Assembly: GCA_012295275.1 (NCBI GenBank)
Contig: CM022679.1
Span: forward strand, 5,208,001-5,272,000
DNA from: Chrysomallon squamiferum
Lineage: Eukaryota > Animalia > Mollusca
Direction: 5' to 3'
DNA length: 64,000 nt
The notes beneath the pieces were generated by a model that saw only the letters and a program-made list of their open reading frames with translations, was not told the DNA's origin and searched no databases. Position numbers and translations under genes: made by a program. Shown here piece by piece: positions 53,136 to 64,000 of this stretch; positions within the stretch are counted from its first letter, which is position 1, and each line of letters begins with the position of its first letter.

Positions 53136-53221
<86 letters not shown>

Positions 53222-53381
53222 CAGCTTATATTATTTCTAAAATATATTATCACATTAACACCAGCACACACAAACACGTACACATAACTATATACGCAGT
53301 TACACAGACAAGCTTACAAAAACACACATTATTAATAAGGAACTTAAAAAACAAAACATTACCACTATTAGACACTAATGT

Positions 53382-53455
<74 letters not shown>

Positions 53456-53758
53456 AGCTACATAAACAAGCGTACAGAAACACTCACATTAATAATAATC
53501 ATCAACTTAAAAGCTTCGGGCCAGTTTTACGACAGTACTTTAAAGTCACTGACATGTTAGTAAGGAACAGGTCGTAGACCGCGGAGAGGCGTTTTAAATT
53601 AACACTGTTTACACACTGCAGATCGCTGACTGATATTTCACTGGTCACGTAAACACAGAACACAGTCTACACCGTGTGAGATCTGACTGACTTCTTCTGC
53701 GGTGAATCTATATATATATATATGTGTGTGTGTCTGTCTGTGTGTGTGTGTGTGTGTC

Positions 53759-53789
<31 letters not shown>

Positions 53790-54190
53790 TAGCGTATTAT
53801 TTTTTGTCTACCTGTTCTTTCATGTTCGTAACACCTGTTTTCTAAATTAATCTAATATTACTATTTCATATTTTATTTTATTTTATTTTTTTAATTCTTT
53901 TTTTTTTGTACATCACACCAGCTGTAGAAGTGAAAATAACTAATATACATACACACATATATATATATATATATCCATATCTATATCTATCTATATATGT
54001 ATATATATATGCACATAGATAACTATATGGTTTACCAAAGTTTAACAGCTGTGGCGAACACATAGATTAATGACGAGCTGAATAAATGAGCGCATACTTT
54101 AGTTAACAGTATTATAACTTTAAATGGTACTGTGAATAAAAAAATCCCTTGTTGCTTGTTCAGTCATCAGGTTTCCTTTTTGATTCATTT

Positions 54191-54248
<58 letters not shown>

Positions 54249-54249
54249 A

Positions 54250-54296
<47 letters not shown>

Positions 54297-54882
54297 AACA
54301 CACAGACACACACAAACACACACACAATTACATATACACACACACATGCATACACATACCTACCTACCTACAGACATATATTCACACATATATCTATCTA
54401 TCTATCTATCTATCCATTTATATATATAGAGAGAGACACATACATAAACACCAGTCGTGGGTCTCTAGTTAGAACTTGAAAAAACGTTGATAAGTATTGA
54501 TCCTGCGCATAATATCATTGCCTCTAGTTAATTTCTTGGAATTAACGTTAAGTAGACTAAAATGATAGGAGTGAAAATTTGATGCTGCAGGCTTTAACTA
54601 TAAAAAAATAAAAAATATATGTATAGAAAATAATTGCACATTGCGGCGACGTGCACGCTGTTACAACGACATCAACTAAGTGTTCGATTTTAAGCAGATT
54701 ACATTGCTGTTCAGTACAACTGTCACATCTCTTTGATTTTAGCTACGCTTTATTTAATAATATTTTATTTCTTTTCTGTTTTTTCTGTTTGTTTGTTTTG
54801 TTGTTTATTTTCAGGTTTTTGGGGAGGTTGTTTTTCTGGGGGGATTTTGTTGTTTTGTTTTCTTCTTTACTGATCAAGTGGC

Positions 54883-54931
<49 letters not shown>

Positions 54932-54950
54932 GTAATAATAATAATAATAA

Positions 54951-54981
<31 letters not shown>

Positions 54982-55161
54982 AAAAAGAAGAAGAAGAAGA
55001 AGAAGAATTGTAATAATAATAACAAAATAATAATAATAGTAATAATAAATAAATAAATAAATACATTTATGATTTGTTTTATTTATTTTTAGATAGAATA
55101 TGTATTTTTCGTATTTATCTTTTTATGTATTTATGTATGTATGTGTATATATGTGTGTGGG

Positions 55162-55192
<31 letters not shown>

Positions 55193-55751
55193 GTATATAT
55201 GTATGTAGCTAGGTATGTATTTTTGCATGTATATTTGTATGTATGTATGTGTATATGCGTATGTAGTTGTATGTCCTACGCGCATACTAAGGGTGTACAT
55301 GTATATGTGTTTGTTTATGGGTATATGAGTATTCACACAGGTTTATTTATATGTTTGAGCTTTGTGCTAACGACAGACACTTGACGTAGGAGAGCCGTGT
55401 CACCCGACTTGAATAACTGTTTTTTCTAAGTTGAAAGTCAACAACTACTTCACTTCCAATGTCAAGCATTGTCGTTCTTGGAGTTGTTGTTGAAATTAGT
55501 CTTGGAAATTTACACACCAAAATCTAATGCCTTAAAAAATTAAATAAATAAATAAAATGAATTAAGAATATGAAGAAGAACAAGAACAAGAACAAGAAGA
55601 ACAAGAATAACAACAACAACAACAACAACAACAACAATAATAATAATAATAACAATTGTAATGAGGATAATAATAATAATTAAATATCGATATGTAATAG
55701 TAATAATATATAAAAATAGAAGAGACAGACATAGAGAGACAGAGAAACAGA

Positions 55752-55841
<90 letters not shown>

Positions 55842-58800
55842 GCGAGAGAAAGAGTCCCGTATTTATTTAGTAAGTGTAAATGACATACAAAGACCCAGTC
55901 TATTCGTTTGACATTTTAAAACCATTACGTCTCCTAACATTAAACCAACAACAAAACAAACACAGCAGGCGTCCGATCATTACAGTTAATTAACCTTTCT
56001 TGTTTACTCTTTACAGTTCAGTGCTGAGGATAATGCTAGAGTTGCAGTTATTAAATATATATATATATGTTTAAAGCCACTTATAATTAAGGAACACATG
56101 TTGTAATTATTTTAATATAGTTTCTATCAGTTTTACTATTAATCGTTTACTTTTAGTACATTTACTATTTTTATTGCTGATTTATTTTGTTAGCTACACC
56201 TGCAGCACCAGTAGTAGAAGTATTTGTTGTGGTAGTAGTAGTACTTGGTTTTTGTTGTTGTTCTTTCTCATCTAATTTTATTAAGATCATCATCTTCATC
56301 ATTATTATTATCATTACTACTATTATTATTATTATTATTATTTTTATTATGTTGTTGTTATTGTTGTTGTTGCTATTAATATTATTATTATAAATAAATT
56401 TATAAATAAATAAATAAATAAGTAAATAAATAAATAAAACAACCAACGATGATGTAATTTGTGACAATTTTATTATATCAAATATAATAATTGCATTGTT
56501 CAGTGCACACAAAATGACTGAGATGCGTACAGACAAACTATCACATGACATGACATAAATACATAATACGGATTTCAACATAAAGTCTGGTTTCCACAGA
56601 CCAATGCAGTATCACAATGGGAACCGTGTACATGTACGTGTGTGTGTGTTTCATTTCTTAACTAGAGATTACAATTCATAATCAGTAATATATACACACA
56701 TAAATTAATATATAAATAAATAAATAACAAAGAATTAAATATATAAATAGTAGAAATTACATAAGATGATCAGACGTACCAATAAATAAATAAAAAAAAT
56801 TAAAATAAAATAAAAAATAAAAAATTACGTTGAAGACTGAGGCACAGAAAATCATGAACGTATTTTAAATGGACGTCCTTGGATGAAAATTTCGAAAAAT
56901 CAAAATTGTGTTTATTTATTTTCGTTCACTGGTGTGTACTGCAATAGTCTGTGAATATAACGATATACTTATCTTGTTCATGAAAGCATGCACAACAAAA
57001 CCGCATTTAATGCCTACCTAGATATGTCAGCTCAAAACGTGACCCAGACACACACAGGCACACTTGAACCTTTAAGAAGATTAATATGTCTCGTGCAAAA
57101 ATATAAATAATATTTAAAATCCTGTCTTTTATTCAGCAGTAATTTAATTTATTATATACGCAGACACGGTATGTGTAAATGGTTCTCAGTATATATAAAG
57201 TAAACATTCCCCACCCCACCCCACCCCACCCCCCAAAAAATATATTATATCGTGGCGTGGGAACCCTTTCGATCAACAGCAATACATTATTACAATTCTT
57301 CAAGTTTGCTTGAAATGCTTACATAACAATGCAAGAATATTAATTCTTTTGTCGCAAGAAAATGAAACTGAAATAATTTTGATATAAATCATTTGATAAT
57401 TTTGACAAAATGTTTATGATGATGATGATGATGATAATAATATAATAAAAATAAGAAGAAGAAAAAGAAAATTTATCAACAAGGATACTTTAGTTACTAA
57501 TTTATCTTGTGAATTATGTCATTAAAAGTATAGACATTGATAGTATCATAAGACCATTGTAATCAGGTAGCTGTAAATGATGATCATGATCAACATCATC
57601 ATCATCATTATTATTATTACTATCAATATTATTTAAACTATCACGTTAAAAAAAATAAGAAAAAAAGATAAAAGATATTGATAATAATAATAATAACAAC
57701 AACAACAGCAACAACAATAATAATACAAAATTAAAAAAAAAAAAAAAAATGAAATAAAATAAAAATAAAATAAAATAAATAAAACTCATTTAAATAATGA
57801 TATGCTTTGAAGTGATGATTGTTTTCAATGAAAAATAAAACAGCATGCAGTCACCATTTGATGGAGAACTGTGGAATAAATATTTTAATACAAACATAAC
57901 GAGTTTGCAACACCTCCAATCAGCTCTTCAGTGTAAGCTGAACAATCAATACTGTTTCTTTTCGTAATGTAAAAAGCCCCCAAAAATGCATTGTTTGCAA
58001 TCACAGTTTCCTCTACAATTATGGTGTTAATGATATGATTGTTATAATTATTACGATTATTAACGTTGTTGTTGCTGCTGCTAGTGTTGTTGTTAAAAGT
58101 AAGCAAGCATTCAAAGCTTATTGTCACCATTTTCTAGGTGGAAGGAGCCAAAAAAATAAAAAAAAAAAAAAATCAGTAGTCCGGATAAATCAAACTTAAC
58201 GAACTTTTTTCATTATTTATTTTTTCTTTCTCGTGCGTAACTGCACATATCAGACAAATCAAGCGCCATTGTTTCTCAGAAAAGCAGACAAAGCAAACGA
58301 TCGCAAAGCTTAAAAATTTAATCAGTAAGCAGGCAGTGACAAAAACTCGCTATTGATTCTGTCCTACTAAAACTAATGGATGAACAACAGAAACAAACTT
58401 GAAGAAAAACAATTTGAAAGATGATAATAAAATTTTAAAAAAAAATTATGATAATAGTAATAACAGCTTAGTTGGGACATAATGGCAGTGTAGAATGGAG
58501 AACGCTTATGGTTTTATTTTTGAGGCACGCAGCACTAAAATTCAACAGCTGATAATTATCAATGGATGAACGTACCAGAATGTGCACGCACGACTGGGGC
58601 TAATGGACAAGCAGGTTGGAACTTGCAATGAGCCACGTTTGCACAAACATAAAAAAAACACAGACAGGTTAACGATTTTTTCCAGTGGACAAAGAAATAC
58701 GCCAGGCTGACAGTTAAACGTGTTTTAACATGCGCGCACAACACTGTAATGGTATAAACACTTCAGTTTGATTGTTGGGTTTTTTTGTGTGTTTTTTTTA

Positions 58801-60885
58801 CAAATTGGCAGAAAGGTAAAACGTAATAATAATAAATAAAATTAAATTAATTAAATAAAATAATAAAACTAATAATAAAAAAATAAAAACACTACAAATA
58901 AATAAATTAAATTGAATTAATAAAATAAAATAATAATAATAATAAAAAAAAAAAATAAACAACAAATAAATAAGTAAAATAAAGTAATGGTATATATATA
59001 TATATTTCATTTCTTTATAAAATATTTGAAAGTTAACAAATTAGTGCTTAGGTAAAAAAATAAATAAATAAATAAAATAAAATAAATAAAATGTTTTCCC
59101 ATTCAATTATGAAATACATGAACAATTTATATAGACCTAATTACGTGGAGAGAGAGAATATCGAAAATAAAATAAAGATCAAATTAAAGTTGTTATAAAA
59201 TAATTTAGAAATTGGGAGATCAAAATGAAATTATCATCGTCATTATCACCATCGTCATGATCATCATCTGAAATCATCCACATCACACACACACAAACGC
59301 ACACAGACACACACACACGGACGCACATACACTTAAATGGACTGAATTTTTCGTATCACAATAAAAAGTCATAATGAACCAAGAGTATGTAATAGCAGCA
59401 TCATGACGTTGGTATCAGTCTGTATATCACAGTATGTGTATCAGCAGCGAATCCAGACACGTATTAAAAATGTCCTCAGCGGCACTGAAGTAAACACCCA
59501 GAATGATCCATCATACCACGTACGCACACGAACTAACTTCAGTGCCTTTGACTCTTTTACGTGTAAACTTTTAAGCGTATGAGTTACTGTCCAACGAATC
59601 TTCAATTACTATTGCCGGCGTCAGCGTCATGTGACATATCCTTATGAAAACAGTAGGCGTAATGTTATTGTTTATAACAACAAAGATGATCTTTCTGTTT
59701 CAATCAATGTATAAGCTGACCCTGCCGAAATGTGCATTACTGATTACGTAAGCGTATTGTTGTTGCACGATTTTGTCGACAAATGTAACTTTGGTGTTTC
59801 TGTCTGTGTCGACATGCGTAGCACTGAGTACGTAAGCCTAATGTTACTGCAAATATAAGCGTAATAAGTCCTAGATATTTCTATCGCGATATCTCGTGAA
59901 TATCGACTGGCGTATCACTGAAAAGCTAAGCGTTGTTGCTGATGTCAGTATATTATATTCTTGCCGTTTCTGTCATCGTATCTTCTGGGTATGTCAAATA
60001 ACATATCAGTGAATATGTATGTATATCGTTATTTTATTTGTCGATATTTATTTCCATGGATTTGCATAGAATGTCGATATGCCTAATGTTTTTCTAAATA
60101 AATATTTTTGTTGTTTTTATATTGTAAATATCGACGTATATGTTCTTGATGTTTTGATCAGTATATTTTCTGTCATTATATAAATATAATAAACATATTG
60201 TTCTCTGAATAAACGTGCTTCAAAAAGGATTTCCAAATGACTGAATATCTGGATTCATATTTTGTTTAAGAGGTAAAATTGGTTCATGTAAACTTGACTC
60301 ATATAAAATTATTTTGACACAAAATATGTCATGAGACTGTGCTAATTCAAAGGCTGAGTACGCATGCACGTGAGTCATTCAGTTTGTCTGTGTCATGGTT
60401 GGTGTTGTTTTTTGGACGGGGTTTCAGAGAGTGGCATCACTGCAAGTCGAAACTGAGTACATCAGCCTGTGTATTAACCAAACTACGTTCTCACGCGTAT
60501 CACAGAAAAAGTCGACGACACCGGGTGTTTGAGTACATCACGTTGCAAGTCGCTTCCAACACGAGAAGCAGACGAACAGCCCAAGCAGGTCCCGCTCGCT
60601 GGCTTCACTGACATCACGTCTACAAGCTGGTGTCGAGGCGGCCGAGGTCTCGTGGAGTGGATAAATTCTACAGTTATAAGTTGCCGACTGACAGAAAACG
60701 TTCACAGCCTTGAATCTTAAACCTTTACAACACCCGACACCATGAAGTGAAAATTCATCATAACTCTGTTTTTTTTAATTTCCACATCGAGCGTTTCTTC
60801 CAACCAGCAGAAAGTCTAGCAAGCGAGTCTTCCACAAATTCCCGAACATTTATCAACCGCAGATGCAAGAAATAATATCAGGGGA

Positions 60886-61758
60886 CTATAAACCTGTTGT
60901 CTGGGAGTGTTCGGAGCCGCTGGGTGACGGCTCGAGGTGCGAGGTTTCACTGGGGACGTTCTGCACAGAACTCGTCTTTTGGGCGACTTGAATGAACTCG
61001 GTACGTGAACGGACGAACAACGACGTCTCGGGCACGGAGCCGAGGTAACTTGGCTTCATCTCGATGGACGTCATGGAGATAATCACGGGCGGTTTGGCGT
61101 CAACTTCCAGGCTGCTCTTCCTGGTGTCCGTGGACTCAGTCTGCGAGGAGTCGACCGACATCACCGAGTCGTTCGTTTCCTCCTCCTCCTTCGCCCCTCG
61201 CTCCTCGTCGTGTTCCGCGTGCGGGGCCAGCACATTCTTGTACATCATCCCGTGCTTCAGGTTGCTCGGGTTGTTTCGCTTCTTCCTCGACCGCTTCGAG
61301 TGCTTCATGCCGCTGTGCCTGGGCTGGTTGGCCGCCACCGAGTAGTTCCCCGCCGTGCTGCTGATTGACGGGTCAGACACGGAGATTCCGTGTCCTTTCT
61401 TTCTCGAGCTGCTGAGCGGTTTGGGGTCTCTCGACGACTTCGGTTCTCTCGGTTTGTTCGGCATCACCGTGTTCCTCGGAGGAGGCTTGGGTCTGGAGCA
61501 CACGGTGAAGTACAGCGCTCCCATCAGGGCGCTCACCCCCATGGAGGCGAAACCGCAGCAGATGAGGATGATCCCGACAACCCGCTTGCCTTCCTCGTTC
61601 TGCAGTCCGGGAGGAAGTCCTCCAGTGTCCACCTCGAGCTGACCATAGTTGAGGACGAGGCAGGCTCCTGTCGACAGCATGAGGATACCAAACAGCATGA
61701 AGAAGATGTTACCCGCACAGCAGCAGCACTGAGTCCTCGGTGAGTGCATTCGAGACAT
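60886..61758 (-). CDS. Two-TM hairpin membrane protein (paralog 5, more divergent), 290 aa
   Basis: Acceptor tttctttgtttcag| immediately followed by ATG (61758); QCCCC, TM1 IFFMLFGILMLSTGACLVLNY, TM2 VVGIILICCGFASMGVSALMGALYF; basic then acidic disordered tail. Confidence 0.85.
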   Translation of the reverse strand: MSRMHSPRTQCCCCAGNIFFMLFGILMLSTGACLVLNYGQLEVDTGGLPPGLQNEEGKRVVGIILICCGFASMGVSALMGALYFTVCSRPKPPPRNTVMPNKPREPKSSRDPKPLSSSRKKGHGISVSDPSISSTAGNYSVAANQPRHSGMKHSKRSRKKRNNPSNLKHGMMYKNVLAPHAEHDEERGAKEEEETNDSVMSVDSSQTESTDTRKSSLEVDAKPPVIISMTSIEMKPSYLGSVPETSLFVRSRTEFIQVAQKTSSVQNVPSETSHLEPSPSGSEHSQTTGL

Positions 61759-61899
61759 CTGAAACAAAGAAATAACTGATTATTACCCTTCCCAATGCAT
61801 TCGAGACATCTGAAACAAAGAAATAACTGATTATTACCCTTCCCAATGCATTCGAGACATCTGAAACAAAGAAATAACTGATTATTATTCTTCCCAATG
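61746..61899 (-). repeat. 3 x 51-bp tandem repeat containing the splice acceptor and start codon of paralog 5
   Basis: Minus-strand unit attgggaag(gg/aa)taataatcagttatttctttgtttcagATGtctcgaatgc; plus-strand unit starts at 61746, 61797, 61848. Confidence 0.92.
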
Positions 61900-62148
61900 T
61901 CACCATTAATTATCACCACAGTCGTCATCACAACCACGATGAATTACATCATCATCATCATTATCGTCTTCATCACCATCAAAATTATAATCATAATCTT
62001 CCTATTGTCATCATCGTTATCAGTACATGACAAAACTGTCTTTAAGTTAGTGCTTTAAAAATATTTCGCATTTCAAATGAAGTCACAAATAAAAAGTATT
62101 ATCAGATGATATAATAATAATAACAATAATAATAATATTAGTAATAAA

Positions 62149-62204
<56 letters not shown>

Positions 62205-62726
62205 GAACAACAACAAGAATAAAAGGACGATTAAGCAAAACGATGAAGAAGATGGAGAAAAAAAAAAAAAATGATAAGAAAATTAAAATATTATAATGTC
62301 TGATATTAGGAATAAACCTTCACACATTACAATTAAGAAATACTGGTAACCACCACGTTCAACATATCTCTCTGTCTCTGACTGTGTGTCTAGCTGAATC
62401 TCTACTCGATATTCAAACACACGTCAACCGAGGGCCTGGTTACAACTGTTTCGTCATGTTAAGCGGTTATTAAACGAAGCGAAAAGCTGTCGGTCATGTT
62501 CTCGTGCTTGCCTGAGACGTAGCGGGGCAAGACGCAGAGAAACAAAACGAAATAATGTGACACAGCTATGTATGACGTTTGTGTAGTGTAAATATGTATG
62601 CGCGGCATTAACCGATATTTTGTAAAAGAACTTCAACAGGCACAATCTTAATGAAGGGTATTATGCTTTAAGAAAAAAAACCCACAAACCCCCTGGAGAA
62701 TGAAGTGTTTGTTTATTTATTATTAT

Positions 62727-62822
<96 letters not shown>

Positions 62823-63340
62823 TTTTTTTTTTTTTTTGTTTGCTTCTATTGTTCCTGTACAACCAATTCGTGTCTTGAAATACCAGCTTGTTCTGTAATT
62901 TTTATTTTCTAACACAAAACAAACAAAGCCAAATTTCCGTTTGCATGCTGCTGCGTAACACAAACCACGTTTTACTGGAAATCACAACCATGTCTGTACG
63001 TGACTGGGCTGACCGAAACCAGGAGAGTCATTTACCCCGCATTGTTTTGCAGTAACTAAAAAATAATGCGTGATGTTTGTAAAACAGCAGATATCAGAGG
63101 CAGATCTAAAATTTCGGAAAGGGGACGGCGTCATTGTGTTATTGAAATTCCAACGATAATATCAGGTTAATGATGAAATTGCATGCACGAAAAAAAAAAT
63201 ATAATAATAAAAAAAAATAATAATAATAAAAAATATAATAAAAAAAAAATAATAAAAAAATAAAAATAAATAAATAAATAAATAAAATAATGATAAGAAT
63301 TAATTTTACATTGTGTTTTAGGATGTTTACGTCTATTTAT

Positions 63341-63435
<95 letters not shown>

Positions 63436-64000
63436 TGTAGTTTTAAACTATGGCTGACTGAATAACGCTAGCGTGCTGTTATCTTTGTACTTATTTTTCT
63501 GTCATTACGATATTTCATTGTTCGTCAGCAGTACGATTTAATTACTGGAAAGTACAATCGCGGAAACGACGACGTAATCCTTAACAATAATATATCGATA
63601 ATTACTGCAACAGTAGCAACAATGTAGTAGTAACAGTAGTAGTATTAGTAGTAGTAGTAGTAGTAATAGTAGTAGTAGTAGTAGTACTAATGGAAGCAGT
63701 AATAATAATAATAATAATAATCATATCCGAGGAAGAACGAGAACTGAACTATTACCATCCATCTTGAGCACGAATTGGCACAAAGAAAACAACACAGTAC
63801 TCCACAGGCCGACATCGGAATGAGCCCACATAAGACGGATATTTACAAACGGTTACGGACTCGAACGAATGTTCACGATTATACGATGCAGAAGAAACAT
63901 GGTGAAAGTACATCCAGGCGCTTTCAAACAGTGATTTGACCTGTCTGTCTGGTTTCTGCCTTCGACTGTCGCTGCTAAATGTCGTTAAGATTCACGTACC

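Noticed and set aside
60339-60720. Plus-strand ORFs of 90 and 63 aa
   Set aside because: Most likely antisense to the paralog-5 3'UTR; no recognisable protein features

Overview
Eukaryotic (metazoan, invertebrate-like; probably lophotrochozoan/mollusc, which is an inference from composition only) AT-rich genomic DNA with GT-AG introns and very dense microsatellites. Most ORFs in the supplied track are microsatellite artefacts. The real content is as follows. (1) An 11-coding-exon cytosolic endo-beta-N-acetylglucosaminidase (ENGase, GH85) at 0.7-8.2 kb, with a phase problem at exon 9/10 and an antisense decayed tRNA-like sequence in one intron. (2) A cluster of five highly diverged paralog-like genes (12.0, 25.5, 39.9, 51.0 kb on +; 61.8 kb on -). 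Each encodes a two-transmembrane hairpin with nearby Cys/basic residues and a long disordered tail, resembling the PIRT/TMEM100 class of TRP-channel accessory proteins. Two of them have stop codons overlapping splice donors that phase-match downstream exons. (3) An intronless 1044-aa gene on - (18.5-21.7 kb) with a truncated amphiphysin/BIN-like BAR domain, no SH3, and a 12-aa tandem repeat. (4) A Tc1/mariner MITE, two minisatellites, and several local duplications sitting on splice sites or start/stop codons. The 2TM cluster with its embedded BAR gene is the best candidate for an undescribed system. All homology calls are from memory and by-eye alignment and need database confirmation.
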